Shown piece by piece: positions 1 to 9,798 of a stretch of 44,278 bases of DNA; position 1 is the first letter of the stretch, and each line of letters starts with the position of its first letter. This stretch comes from an uncultured Aquincola sp. (GTDB lineage Bacteria > Pseudomonadota > Gammaproteobacteria > Burkholderiales > Burkholderiaceae_C). The stretch is taken from assembly GCF_964001545.1 (NCBI RefSeq), contig NZ_CAXFDV010000667.1, positions 1 to 44,278 on the forward strand, written 5' to 3'. Under the pieces are notes generated by a model that worked only from the letters and a program-made list of their open reading frames with translations, was not told the origin of the DNA and did no database searches. The translations under genes were made by a program, and so were the position numbers.

Positions 1-145
1 GTGCAGGCAACGCACCATTTGCGGCATCGCAATAATCGCCGTGGTATAGGTGGTTGATCCAGTCAACCATTTAACAATCGCGATACAAGATCGTCATTCA
101 GGCGTCACACGACGCCTGCACGGCCCGCTCGATAGACTGCGGGGC

Positions 146-1996
146 GTGAAGGCCGCCCCTCCGTCCACCCCCGCCTGGCCAGGCATTCGCCGCCGGGCCC
201 TGTTGTTGCTGGCCAGTGCCCTGATGTCGGTCACTGCCCAGGCCCAGCCCGCTGCCGGCGCGCAAGCGCAGAAGGTGCTGCGCTACGCCTTCCGCATCGC
301 TGAAACCGGGTTCGATCCGGCGCAGGTGATCGACCTGTACTCGCGCATCGTCATCAGCAACATCTTCGAGGCGCCGCTGGAGTTCGAGTTCATGGCCGAG
401 CCGGCGCGGCTGCGGCCCAACACCTTGGTGGCGATGCCGCAGGTGAGCGAGGACCACACCACCTTCACCCTGCAGCTGCGGCCGGGCCAGTACTTCGCCG
501 ACGACAAGGCCTTTGGTGGCCAGCGCCGTGAGCTGACGGCACAGGACTATGTGTATGCGCTCAAGCGCCACTACGACCCGCGCTGGAAGAGCCCGCAGCT
601 GTACCTGCTGGAGAACGCCAAGATCCTGGGCTTGTCGGAGCTGCGCCAGCAGGCCATGGACCGCAAGCAGCCCTTCGACTACGACCGCGAAGTGGCCGGC
701 CTGAAGGCACTCGACCGCTACACCTTGCGCATCCAGCTGGCTGAGCCCTCACCGCGCTTTTTGTACGAGCTGGCCGATGCCTCGCTCAGCGGCGCGGTGG
801 CGCGCGAGGTGGTGCAGGCTTATGGCGACGAGATCATGGCCCACCCGGTGGGCACCGGGCCGTTCAGGCTGGTGAGCTGGCAGCGCAGCAACCGCATCGT
901 GCTGGAACGCAACCCCGGCTGGCGTGAGGTGCTATACGACGAGCACCCGCCGGCCGGCAACACGCGCCTGACCGCCATCGCGCAGCAGCTCAAGGGCCGG
1001 CGGCTGCCGATGATCGACCGGGTGGAAATTGCCATCGTCGAGGAGAACCAGCCGCGCTGGCTGAGCTACCTGGCCGGCAGCTTCGACCTGCTGGAAGAAC
1101 TGCCGCCCGAGTACGCCGACCTGGCCATGCCGCACAACCAGCTGGCGCCGCACCTGGCCCGCCGCGGCATGGCCATGGTGCGCTACCCGCGGGCCGATGC
1201 GTCGCTGTCGTACTTCAACATGGAGCATCCGGTCATCGGCGGCTACCTGCCTAGACAAGTGGCGCTGCGCCGCGCCATCTCGCTGGCGCTCAACGTGGAA
1301 GAAGAAATCCGCCTGGTGCGCGGCGGCCAGGCGGTGCCGGCGCAATCCCCCATCGCGCCGATGACCTGGGGCTACGACCCGGCCTACAAGAGCGAGATGG
1401 GCGACCACGACCCGGCGCGGGCCCGGGCCCTGCTCGACCTGTACGGCTGGCGCGACGTGGACGGCGACGGCTGGCGCGAGCAGCCCGACGGCCAGCCGCT
1501 GGTGATCGACTACGCCACCCAGCCCGACCAGCAAAGCCGCAAGCTCATCGAGCTGTGGGAGAAGAACATGCGGGCGGTGGGCATCCGCATGCGCTTCAAG
1601 ACTGCCAAGTGGCCCGAGAACCTGAAGGCCGCCCGCGCCGGCCAGCTGATGATGTGGGGCGTGGGCTGGAGCGCCACCCGCCCCGACGGCGACACCTTCC
1701 TGGCGCTGGGCTACGTGGGCAACAAGGGCTCGGCCAACCTGGCACGCTTCGACCTGCCGGCCTTCAACCGCCTGTACGAACACCAGGGCACGCTGCCCGA
1801 TGGCCCCGAGCGCGCCGCCGAGATGGCCCGCGCGCGCGACCTGATGGTGGTGTACATGCCGTACAAGGTGCACCTGCACCGCATCTTCACCGACCTGGCA
1901 CAACCATGGCTGATCGGCTACCACCGCAACATCTTCGTGCGCGACTTCTGGAAGTACGTGGACATCGATCCCATGCAGCAGGAGGCGGCGCGATGA
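146..1996 (+). CDS. ABC-type family 5 (DppA/OppA-like) extracellular solute-binding protein, paralog 1
   Basis: ORF 50..1996 with motifs ETGFDPA, PVGTGPF, LRRAISLA and DVDGDGWRE. In-frame GTG at 146 gives 616 aa, matching the two paralogs, and a signal peptide (RRRALLLLASALMSVTAQA). The exact start is uncertain. Confidence 0.85.
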   Translation: MKAAPPSTPAWPGIRRRALLLLASALMSVTAQAQPAAGAQAQKVLRYAFRIAETGFDPAQVIDLYSRIVISNIFEAPLEFEFMAEPARLRPNTLVAMPQVSEDHTTFTLQLRPGQYFADDKAFGGQRRELTAQDYVYALKRHYDPRWKSPQLYLLENAKILGLSELRQQAMDRKQPFDYDREVAGLKALDRYTLRIQLAEPSPRFLYELADASLSGAVAREVVQAYGDEIMAHPVGTGPFRLVSWQRSNRIVLERNPGWREVLYDEHPPAGNTRLTAIAQQLKGRRLPMIDRVEIAIVEENQPRWLSYLAGSFDLLEELPPEYADLAMPHNQLAPHLARRGMAMVRYPRADASLSYFNMEHPVIGGYLPRQVALRRAISLALNVEEEIRLVRGGQAVPAQSPIAPMTWGYDPAYKSEMGDHDPARARALLDLYGWRDVDGDGWREQPDGQPLVIDYATQPDQQSRKLIELWEKNMRAVGIRMRFKTAKWPENLKAARAGQLMMWGVGWSATRPDGDTFLALGYVGNKGSANLARFDLPAFNRLYEHQGTLPDGPERAAEMARARDLMVVYMPYKVHLHRIFTDLAQPWLIGYHRNIFVRDFWKYVDIDPMQQEAAR

Positions 1997-3840
1997 GGCT
2001 GCCTGCCGCGCGGCGGGGCGGGTCGGCGCTGGTCGCCACGCTGCTGCTGGCCTGCAGCATGATGGTCGGCGCCCAGCAGCCCCCCGCAGCTGCCGCGGCG
2101 CCGCAGAAGGTGCTGCGCTACGCCTTCCCGGTGGCCGAAACCGGGTTCGACCCCGCGCAGATCAACGACCTGTACTCGCGCACCATCACGCCGCACATCT
2201 TCGAGTCGCCCTACCGGTACGACCCGCTGGCACGGCCCGCCCAGGTGCGACCGCTCACCGCCGTGGGCATGCCCGAGCACAGCGACGACTACCGCACCTG
2301 GACCGTCAAGCTCCAGCCCGGCATCTACTTCACCGACGACCCGGCGTTCGGCGGCCGGCGGCGTGAGCTGGTGGCGGCCGACTACGTCTACAGCTTCAAG
2401 CGCTTTGCCGACCCCGCCACCAAGAGCCCGGCCTGGAGCTGGATGGCGCAGTTCGGCTTCATCGGGCTGGAGGCGCTGCGCGAGCAGGCGCTGAAGCACA
2501 AGCAACCCTTCGACTACGACAAGCCGATCGAAGGCATCCAGGCGCTGGACCGCTACACGCTGCGCTTCCGGATGGACAAGCCGTCGCCGCGCTTCGTCAC
2601 CAGCGCGCTCACGCTGGGCGACCTGATCGGCGCCGTCGCGCGCGAGGTGGTGGAGAAGTACGGCGCCGACATCCCGGCGCACCCGGTGGGCACCGGGCCC
2701 TTCGTGCTCAAGCAATGGCGGCGCAGCTCCTTGATCGTGCTGGAACGCAACCCCGCCTACCGCGAAGTGCGCTACGACGCCGAGCCGGCCGCCGACGATG
2801 CCGAAGGCCAGGCGCTGTTGGCGCGCTTCAAGGGCCGCCGCCTGCCGATGCTGGACCGGGTGGAGATCTCCATCGTCGAAGAGAACCAGCCGCGCTGGCT
2901 GAGCTTTCTGCAGCAGCGGGCCGACCTGATCGAGCTGCTGCCGCCCGAGTTCGTGAACCAGGCGATGCCTGGCGGCAAGCTGGCGCCCTACCTGGCCGAG
3001 CAAGGGCTGCAGGCGCTGCGCAGCCGGCGGTCCGACGTGAGCCTGACGCTCTTCAACATGGACGACCCCATTGTCGGCGGCTATACGCCCGACAAGGTGG
3101 CGCTGCGGCGCGCCATCTCGCTGGCGGTGGACGTGGACGCCGAAATCCGCCTGGTGCTCGGCGGCCAGGCGATGGCGGCGCAAAGCCCGGTGCCGCCCAA
3201 CACCCATGCCTACGACCCCACCTTCAAGAGCGAAAACGCCGACCACGACCCGGCGCGGGCCAAGGCGCTGCTGGACCTGTACGGCTATGTCGACCAGAAC
3301 GGCGACGGCTGGCGCGACCTGCCCGACGGCCGGCCGCTGGTGCTGCAGATGGCCACCCAGCCCGAGCAGCGCAGCCGACAGCTCGACGACCTCTGGAAGC
3401 GCCACATGACCGCGGTGGGCCTGCGCATCGACTTCAAGCCCGCCAAGTGGCCCGAGAACCTGAAGGCCGCACGTGCCGGCAAGCTGATGATGTGGGGCGT
3501 TGGCAGCTTGGCCGCGGCGCCCGACAGCCTGGGCATCTACCAGCGCTACCACGGGCCGCAGTCGGGTGGCCAGAACATCGCCCGCTTCAAGCTGCCGGCG
3601 ATGGACGCGCTGTACGACCAGATGAACCAGCTGCCCGACGGCCCCGAGCGGCAGGCCTTGTTCGACCAGGCCCGCAAGCTGGCGGTGGCCTACATGCCCT
3701 ACAAGGCCCGGGCCCACCGCATCGCCACCGACGTGGCCCAGCCCTGGCTCATCGGCTACCGCCGACCGCTGTTCTGGAACGACTTCTGGCAGTACCTGGA
3801 CATCGACACCGACCTGCAACGCCAGCGGATGAAGCCGTGA
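1993..3840 (+). CDS. Family 5 solute-binding protein, paralog 2
   Basis: ATG 1993 overlaps the upstream stop (ATGA), with GGAGG at 1981-1985. Signal peptide and the same motifs (ETGFDPAQ, HPVGTGPF, DQNGDGWRD); 615 aa. Confidence 0.9.
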   Translation: MRLPAARRGGSALVATLLLACSMMVGAQQPPAAAAAPQKVLRYAFPVAETGFDPAQINDLYSRTITPHIFESPYRYDPLARPAQVRPLTAVGMPEHSDDYRTWTVKLQPGIYFTDDPAFGGRRRELVAADYVYSFKRFADPATKSPAWSWMAQFGFIGLEALREQALKHKQPFDYDKPIEGIQALDRYTLRFRMDKPSPRFVTSALTLGDLIGAVAREVVEKYGADIPAHPVGTGPFVLKQWRRSSLIVLERNPAYREVRYDAEPAADDAEGQALLARFKGRRLPMLDRVEISIVEENQPRWLSFLQQRADLIELLPPEFVNQAMPGGKLAPYLAEQGLQALRSRRSDVSLTLFNMDDPIVGGYTPDKVALRRAISLAVDVDAEIRLVLGGQAMAAQSPVPPNTHAYDPTFKSENADHDPARAKALLDLYGYVDQNGDGWRDLPDGRPLVLQMATQPEQRSRQLDDLWKRHMTAVGLRIDFKPAKWPENLKAARAGKLMMWGVGSLAAAPDSLGIYQRYHGPQSGGQNIARFKLPAMDALYDQMNQLPDGPERQALFDQARKLAVAYMPYKARAHRIATDVAQPWLIGYRRPLFWNDFWQYLDIDTDLQRQRMKP

Positions 3841-5690
3841 TGCGGGCGCTTCGTCATGCGCTGGCGGTGGCGGCGCTGGTCATGGCCACGCTGCCCGCGC
3901 AGGCGCCGGCCAGCAACGCCGTGCCACCGGCCAAGGTGTTGCGCGTGGCCTTCAACTCGGCCGAGACCGGCTTCGATCCGGCGCGCATCAGCGACACCTA
4001 CTCGCGCACGCTCACCGCCCACATCTTCGAGGCGCCGCTGGAGTACGACGCGCTGGCGCGCCCGCCGCTGCTGCGCCCGCGCACCGCGCAGGCGATGCCC
4101 GAGCACAGCGCCGACTACCGCACCTGGACGCTGAAGATCCGGCCCGGCATCCACTTCGCGCCCGATGCGGCCTTCGGCCAGCAGCCGCGCGAGCTGGTGG
4201 CGCAGGACTACGTCTACAGCTTCAAGCGCTTTGCCGACCCCACCACGGCCAGCCCGATCTGGTCTTACCTGGAGACCTACCAGCTGCTGGGTCTGGCCGA
4301 GCTGCGCGAGCGGGCGCTCAAGCGCCAGCAGCCCTTCGACTACGACCGCGAGATTGCCGGCGTGCGCGCGCTGGACCGCTACACGCTGCAGTTCCAGCTG
4401 CGCGAGCCGCGGCCGCGCTTTGCCTATGTGCTGGCGGCCAGCGACGTGTTCGGCGCGGTGGCGCGCGAGGTGGTGGAGCGCTACGGCAACGCCATCACCG
4501 AACACCCGGTGGGCACCGGGCCCTTCATGCTCAAGCAGTGGCGGCGCAGCTCGCTGGTGGTGCTGGCGCGCAACCCGGGTTACCGCGACGTGCGCTACGA
4601 CGCCCAACCCGCCCCCGACGACGCGGCAGGCCAGGCGGTGCTGGCGCAGCTCAAGGGCCGCCAGCTGCCGATGGTGGACGAGGTGCAGGTGAGCATGATC
4701 GACGAGGAGCAGCCGCGCTGGCTGAGCTTTCTCAACGGCCAGCTGGACGCACTGGCCGGCGTCTATGGCTCGCTGCCCGGCAGCTTTGCGCCCACCGCCG
4801 TGCCCAATGGCCAGCTGGCGCCGCACCTGGCCAAACGCGGCATCGTGATGCACCGGCAGGTGAACCCCGACGTCATCCTGACCCTGTTCAACATGGCGCA
4901 CCCGCTGGTGGGCGGGCTGGCGCCCGAGAAGGTGGCGCTGCGCCGCGCCATCGGCCTGGCCATGGACACCGAGCGCGAGGCGCGGCAGATCCGCCGCGGC
5001 CTGGCGGTGCCGGCGCAATCGGTGATGCTGCCGCATGCCAGCGGCTACGACCCGCACTTCAAGAGCGAAAACGGCGACCACGACCCGGCCCGCGCCCGCG
5101 CGCTGCTGGAGGTGTACGGCTACCGTGATCGCGACGGCGACGGCTTTCGCGAGCAGCCCGACGGCCAGCCGCTGGTGCTGGAGATGTCCACCCAGCCCGA
5201 CCAGATCTACCGCCAGTTCGACGAGCAGTTCCAGCGCGACATGCAGGCCGTGGGCCTGCGGGTGCGCTTTCTCACCGGCCAGTTCGCGGAGCAGCTCAAG
5301 CAGGCCCGCGCCGGCAAGCTGATGCTGTGGATGGTGGGCAACAGCGCCAGCTCGCCCGACGGGCAGGACGTGCTGCAGCGGCTGAACGGCCCGCAGGCCG
5401 GCGGCCAGAACCTGGCGCGCTTCCAGCTGCCGGCCTTCGATGCGGTGTACGACCGGCTCTCGGCCCTGCCCGACGGGCCCGAGCGGGAGGCGCTGTTCCA
5501 GCAGGCGCGGCTGCTGTCGGTGGCCTACATGCCCTACAAGGCCTCGGTGCACCGCATCAGCGTCGACCTGCTGCACCCGTGGGTCATCGGCTACCGCCGG
5601 CCGCTGTTCTGGAACGACTGGTGGCACCGGGTGGACCTGGATGCAAACGCCCGACAGGCCGCGGGAATAAACCCCGCCCACCAGCCGTAA
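3840..5690 (+). CDS. Family 5 solute-binding protein, paralog 3
   Basis: ATG 3840 overlaps the upstream TGA (TGATG). Signal peptide MRALRHALAVAALVMATLPAQA and the same motifs (ETGFDPA, HPVGTGPF, DRDGDGFRE); 616 aa. Confidence 0.9.
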   Translation: MRALRHALAVAALVMATLPAQAPASNAVPPAKVLRVAFNSAETGFDPARISDTYSRTLTAHIFEAPLEYDALARPPLLRPRTAQAMPEHSADYRTWTLKIRPGIHFAPDAAFGQQPRELVAQDYVYSFKRFADPTTASPIWSYLETYQLLGLAELRERALKRQQPFDYDREIAGVRALDRYTLQFQLREPRPRFAYVLAASDVFGAVAREVVERYGNAITEHPVGTGPFMLKQWRRSSLVVLARNPGYRDVRYDAQPAPDDAAGQAVLAQLKGRQLPMVDEVQVSMIDEEQPRWLSFLNGQLDALAGVYGSLPGSFAPTAVPNGQLAPHLAKRGIVMHRQVNPDVILTLFNMAHPLVGGLAPEKVALRRAIGLAMDTEREARQIRRGLAVPAQSVMLPHASGYDPHFKSENGDHDPARARALLEVYGYRDRDGDGFREQPDGQPLVLEMSTQPDQIYRQFDEQFQRDMQAVGLRVRFLTGQFAEQLKQARAGKLMLWMVGNSASSPDGQDVLQRLNGPQAGGQNLARFQLPAFDAVYDRLSALPDGPEREALFQQARLLSVAYMPYKASVHRISVDLLHPWVIGYRRPLFWNDWWHRVDLDANARQAAGINPAHQP

Positions 5691-5697
5691 GCAGCAG

Positions 5698-6240
5698 GTG
5701 CACGCTCCCGCCGCCTTCCGCCAGCAACTGCTGGGCGCCATTCCGCGCCTGCGGCGTTATGCCCGCTCGCTGGTGATGGAGGTGCACTTGGCCGACGACC
5801 TGGTGCAGACGGCGCTGGAGCGCGCGCTGGCCCATTGGCACCAGTTCGACCAGCGGCGCGACCTGGTGCTGTGGGCGCTGTCCATCCTGCACAACGCCCA
5901 CCTGGACTTTCGGCGCCGCGACGCCCGCACCACCGCCATGGACCCTGCCGATCTGGCCGCCGAGATGGATGCCCACCAGGCCGCGGCACCGCCCCACGAC
6001 CCCGGCCTGCGCATCGACCTGCAGGCGGCGCTGCGCCGGCTGCAGCCCGACCAGCGCGAGGTGCTGCTGCTGGTGGGCGTGGAGCAGCTGAGCTATGCCG
6101 AGGCGGCCGAACTGCTGAACATCCCGATCGGCACCGTGATGTCGCGGCTGTCGCGGGCCCGCGCGGCGCTGCGCGCGTCGCTGGAAGGTGGATCATCCGC
6201 CGCCGGCCACCTGCCGCCCACCTTGCGCCGCGTGGTCTGA
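5698..6240 (+). CDS. ECF RNA polymerase sigma factor (PrtI/ECF26-like)
   Basis: Region 2 (IPRLRRYARSL...ADDLVQ...LERA) and region 4 (QREVLLLVGVEQLSYAEAAELLNIPIGTVMSRLSRAR); 180 aa, GTG start. Confidence 0.9.
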   Translation: MHAPAAFRQQLLGAIPRLRRYARSLVMEVHLADDLVQTALERALAHWHQFDQRRDLVLWALSILHNAHLDFRRRDARTTAMDPADLAAEMDAHQAAAPPHDPGLRIDLQAALRRLQPDQREVLLLVGVEQLSYAEAAELLNIPIGTVMSRLSRARAALRASLEGGSSAAGHLPPTLRRVV

Positions 6241-6244
6241 TCTG

Positions 6245-7039
6245 ATGGCCCCCATGAACGCCCCCCTGCCCCCCGACGACACCCAGCTGGGCGCCTGGCT
6301 GGACGGCGAACTGCCGCCGGCCGAGCACGACCGCATCAGCGCCTGGCTGGAAGCCCACCCGGCCGATGCACAGCGGGTGCAGGCCTGGGCCGCCGACCGC
6401 GATGCGCTGCGCGCACTGTGGGGCCCGGTGGTGCAGGAGCCGGTGCCGCCGGCGCTGCAACGCCAGGCCTGGCGCGGCGCCAGCCGCGCGGCCTGGGCGC
6501 GGGCCGCCATGGTGGCCGGCCTGCTGGTCACCGGTGCGCTGGCCGGCGGCAGCGCCGTCTGGTGGCAGCAGCATGATGCCGCCGCCGCGGGCGGCGTGGC
6601 GGCGGTGACCCTCGAGCCGGCCTGGGTGCAGCGCGCCGCGCTGGCGCACAGCCTGTACGTGCCCGAGCAGCGCCACCCGGTGGAAGTGCGCGCCCAGGAA
6701 GACCACCTGGCCCGCTGGCTGACCCGCCGCACGCAGCTGCCGGTCAAGCTGTTCGACCTGCGCCAGCAGGGCTTTGCGCTGGTGGGTGGCCGCCTGCTGC
6801 CCGACACCGACGGCCCCGGCGCGCAGCTGATGTACGAAGACGCCAGCGGCCAGCGGGTGACGGTGTACCTGCGCAAGCCCGATCCGCAGGTACCCGCCTC
6901 CTTCCGCTATGAGCAGCAGGGCGAGCTGGGCCTGTTTTACTGGGTGGAAGGCGGCTGCGGCTACGCGCTGGCCGGCAGCCTGCCGCGCGAGCGCCTGCTG
7001 GCGCTGGCCGAGGCCATCTACCAGCAGCAGCCGCAGTAA
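6245..7039 (+). CDS. Transmembrane anti-sigma factor (PrtR-like)
   Basis: N-terminal anti-sigma domain (QLGAWLDGEL...WLEAHP), one TM helix, and a periplasmic domain with GFALVGGRLLP...AQLMYED..GQRVTVY. It follows the ECF sigma directly. Start is ATG 6245 or 6254. Confidence 0.85.
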   Translation: MAPMNAPLPPDDTQLGAWLDGELPPAEHDRISAWLEAHPADAQRVQAWAADRDALRALWGPVVQEPVPPALQRQAWRGASRAAWARAAMVAGLLVTGALAGGSAVWWQQHDAAAAGGVAAVTLEPAWVQRAALAHSLYVPEQRHPVEVRAQEDHLARWLTRRTQLPVKLFDLRQQGFALVGGRLLPDTDGPGAQLMYEDASGQRVTVYLRKPDPQVPASFRYEQQGELGLFYWVEGGCGYALAGSLPRERLLALAEAIYQQQPQ

Positions 7040-7087
7040 GCCGGCCGGTGGCCGCGGGGCCCCGGGGCCGCTGCCTAGAATCCCCGC

Positions 7088-8710
7088 ATGCCCGATCACG
7101 CCTCCGCCGCCCGTGCGCCCCGACCCGTTCCGCGCACGGCCGCCCAGCGTGCCGCGGCCTGGCACCGCCTGCTGGCGGTGGTGGTGCTGGGCTTTGCCTC
7201 CGGCCTGCCGCTGGCGCTCACCGGCCAGGCCATGCAGGCCTGGCTCAGCCTGGAAGGGCTGGACGTGGCCACCATCGGCTTTCTGAGCCTGGTGGGCCTG
7301 CCCTACACCTTCAAGTTCCTGTGGGCGCCGCTGATGGACCGCTTCGAGCTGCCGCTGCTCGGCCGGCGCCGCGGCTGGCTGGTGCTCACCCAGCTGGCGC
7401 TGGCCGGCGTGCTGTATGCGCTGGCCGGCACCTCGCCGTCGGCGGCGCTGCGCACCTTTGCGCTGCTGGCGGTGCTCACCACCTTCGTCTCCGCCTCGCA
7501 GGACGTGGTGATCGACGCCTACCGCACCGACCTGCTGCCACCGGCCGAGCGCGGCCTGGGCTCATCACTGAACGTGCTGGGCTACCGGCTGGCGATGATC
7601 GTCTCCGGCGGCGTGGCGCTGATCTGGACCGACCCCAGCAATGCCGGCACGGCCTTCGGCTGGACCTGGCCACAGGTGTACCAGTTGATGGCGGTGCTGA
7701 TGCTGATCGCCGCCGGCTGCTCGGCCCTGCTGCTGCCGCGGCTGCAGCATGCGCCGGTGCCGCGCACCGTCGCGCGGCACGACCTGGTCGGCTTCGGCGC
7801 GGTGGTGCTGGCGGTGGCGGTGGGCGTGCTGTTCACCGACCGGCTGGCCAATCCGTTGGCCCGCTGGCTGCTGGGCACGGCGCTGCAGGGCAGCAGCCTG
7901 TCGCCTGCGCTGCAGGGCAAGTGGGCCGAGCTGCTGGGGCTGCTCATCGGCATCGGCGTCACGCTGCCGCTGGCGGCCTGGGCGGCGCGGCGCGCGCGCT
8001 TCGAAACCCTGCTGTCGGGTCTGCAGAGCTACTTCTCGCAGGCCGGCGCGGGCGCCTTCCTGGCCTTCATCGTGCTGTACAAGCTGGGCGACGCCTTCGC
8101 CGGCTCGCTGATGACGCCCTTCCTGCTCAAGGCCATGGCCTACAGCCCGGCCGAGGTGGGCGTGGTCAACAAGGTCATCGGCCTGTGGCTCACCATCGGC
8201 GGCGCGCTGCTGGGCGGCGCCTTGATGCTCAAGCTGGGCCTGTGGCGCTCGCTGCTGCTGTTCGGCGTGCTGCAGATGGTCAGCAACCTGGGCTTCTGGT
8301 GGCTGGCGGTCAATGGCGCGGGCGTGCTGCCGGGCCTGACCATCCCGGCCTTCGACTGGGGCTTCGTGCACCTGGCGCAGGCCACGCCGGTGGACGGCGG
8401 GCTGCTGATGGTGATCGCCTTCGAGAACCTGTCGGGCGGCATGGGCACGGCGGCCTTCGTCGCCTTCTTGATGAGCCTGTGCAACCAGCGCTTCACCGCC
8501 ACGCAGTTTGCGCTGCTGTCGGCCTTTGCGTCGGTCGGCCGGGTGTGGGTGGGGCCGCTGGCCGGCGTGCTGGCCGAAAGCATCGGCTGGCCCACCTTCT
8601 TCCTCGTGTCCACGCTGGCGGCGCTGCCCGCGTTGGGGATGCTGTGGACGCTGCGTGGCAGCATCCGCGCACTGGAGGTGCCACCAGGGCCGGTGGCCGC
8701 TGACGACTGA
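7088..8710 (+). CDS. ampG: AmpG muropeptide MFS permease
   Basis: Motifs LGFASGLP, KFLWAPLMD, GRRRGW, SASQDVVIDAYR and TATQFALLS; polytopic membrane protein. Confidence 0.92.
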   Translation: MPDHASAARAPRPVPRTAAQRAAAWHRLLAVVVLGFASGLPLALTGQAMQAWLSLEGLDVATIGFLSLVGLPYTFKFLWAPLMDRFELPLLGRRRGWLVLTQLALAGVLYALAGTSPSAALRTFALLAVLTTFVSASQDVVIDAYRTDLLPPAERGLGSSLNVLGYRLAMIVSGGVALIWTDPSNAGTAFGWTWPQVYQLMAVLMLIAAGCSALLLPRLQHAPVPRTVARHDLVGFGAVVLAVAVGVLFTDRLANPLARWLLGTALQGSSLSPALQGKWAELLGLLIGIGVTLPLAAWAARRARFETLLSGLQSYFSQAGAGAFLAFIVLYKLGDAFAGSLMTPFLLKAMAYSPAEVGVVNKVIGLWLTIGGALLGGALMLKLGLWRSLLLFGVLQMVSNLGFWWLAVNGAGVLPGLTIPAFDWGFVHLAQATPVDGGLLMVIAFENLSGGMGTAAFVAFLMSLCNQRFTATQFALLSAFASVGRVWVGPLAGVLAESIGWPTFFLVSTLAALPALGMLWTLRGSIRALEVPPGPVAADD

Positions 8711-8723
8711 GGACCGCCCCCAA

Positions 8724-8787
8724 GCTCGCTGCGCTCGCGTCCCCCCGAGGGGGAGCCCAGTTCCTTGGGGCGGCCCGGCGCAACTGG
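8724..8787. repeat. Structured intergenic element (REP-like), copy 1
   Basis: TGC-loop hairpin (GCTCGC-TGC-GCTCGC), CGA-loop hairpin (TCCCCC-CGA-GGGGGA), and stem CCAGTT/AACTGG around CTTGGGGCGGCCCGGCGC. Same architecture as 28975-29046. Confidence 0.7.
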
Positions 8788-8861
8788 AGGCAAGGCGATT
8801 GCCAAACCGCCGGCACGCCCCCATCTTTGACCTGGTTCAACCGTTGTATGACGCCACTGCC

Positions 8862-9791
8862 ATGACCAAGCTCTTCCGTACCGACGCCGACATCGCCGTG
8901 CCGCACGGCGCCGGCTGCCGCTGTGCGCTGCACGGCCGGCGCCTGTTCACAGGTGCCCTGGTGGCCGGTGCCATGGCACCCGCCTGGGCCCAGCGAGACA
9001 GCGAAGGCGTGCGCGGCGACGTAGGCAGCGAAAGCCAGTTCGCCAAGCTGGTGTCGGCCGAGGAGGTGGAGGCCGCGGCCCAGCAGCAGTACACGCAGAT
9101 GAAGCGCGAGGCCGCCCAGCAGCGTGCACTGGCGCCCGACGACAACGGCCAGGTGCTGCGGCTGCGCGCCATCGCCCAGCGGCTGATTCCGTTTGCCGAC
9201 GACTGGAACCGCCGCGCCGGCCAGTGGAAGTGGGAGGTCAACCTGATCGGCAGCCAGCAGCTCAATGCCTTTTGCATGCCGGGCGGCAAGATCGCCTTCT
9301 ACTACGGCATCCTGCAGCAGCTGCAGCTGAGCGACGACGAGGTGGCCACCATCATGGGCCACGAGATGGCCCACGCGCTGCGTGAGCATGCGCGCGAGCG
9401 CATGGGCAAGACCGCCGCCACCCGCGTGGGCGCCAGCCTGCTGTCCAGCGTGCTGGGCCTGGGCAGCGCCGGCGACCAGCTGCTGAACATGGGCGGCCAG
9501 CTGCTGACACTGAAGTTCAGCCGCGACGATGAATCGGAAGCCGACATCGTGGGCATGGACCTGGCGGCCCGCGCCGGCTACGACCCGCGCGCCGGCATCA
9601 GCCTGTGGCAGAAGATGCTGCAGGCCAGCAAGGGCGCGCCGCCGCAGTTCCTGAGCACCCACCCGGCCGGCCAGACCCGCATCCGCGACATCGAGGCCAA
9701 GCTGCCCAAGGTGCAGCCGCTGTATGCGCGCGCGGACAAGCCTGCGCGCAAATACGGCCCGCCGCCGCCCGCGGCGGCCAAGGGCAACTAG
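8862..9791 (+). CDS. M48 family zinc metallopeptidase (LoiP/YggG-like), probable Tat signal
   Basis: Motifs NAFCMPGGKI, HEMAH (HExxH), FSRDDESEAD and FLSTHP. The N-terminus has GRRLF, a hydrophobic stretch and AWA. Confidence 0.9.
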   Translation: MTKLFRTDADIAVPHGAGCRCALHGRRLFTGALVAGAMAPAWAQRDSEGVRGDVGSESQFAKLVSAEEVEAAAQQQYTQMKREAAQQRALAPDDNGQVLRLRAIAQRLIPFADDWNRRAGQWKWEVNLIGSQQLNAFCMPGGKIAFYYGILQQLQLSDDEVATIMGHEMAHALREHARERMGKTAATRVGASLLSSVLGLGSAGDQLLNMGGQLLTLKFSRDDESEADIVGMDLAARAGYDPRAGISLWQKMLQASKGAPPQFLSTHPAGQTRIRDIEAKLPKVQPLYARADKPARKYGPPPPAAAKGN

Positions 9792-9798
9792 GCGTCGG

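Noticed and set aside
1555-1992. Long N-terminal extensions in the ORF track (SBP2, SBP3, gatB, gatA, rodA, sucC, recA, pyrE, cyclase, PDE)
   Set aside because: The extensions overlap upstream genes or promoters; downstream starts with an RBS or stop/start overlap fit family lengths.
932-5741. Long antisense ORFs over the SBP genes (932..1924, 1918..3819, 3756..5741) and similar ones elsewhere (e.g. 11562..13577, 13591..15786, 25431..27797, 33152..35398, 40620..42524)
   Set aside because: These are shadow frames expected from high-GC codon bias; they have no recognisable motifs and overlap well-supported genes.
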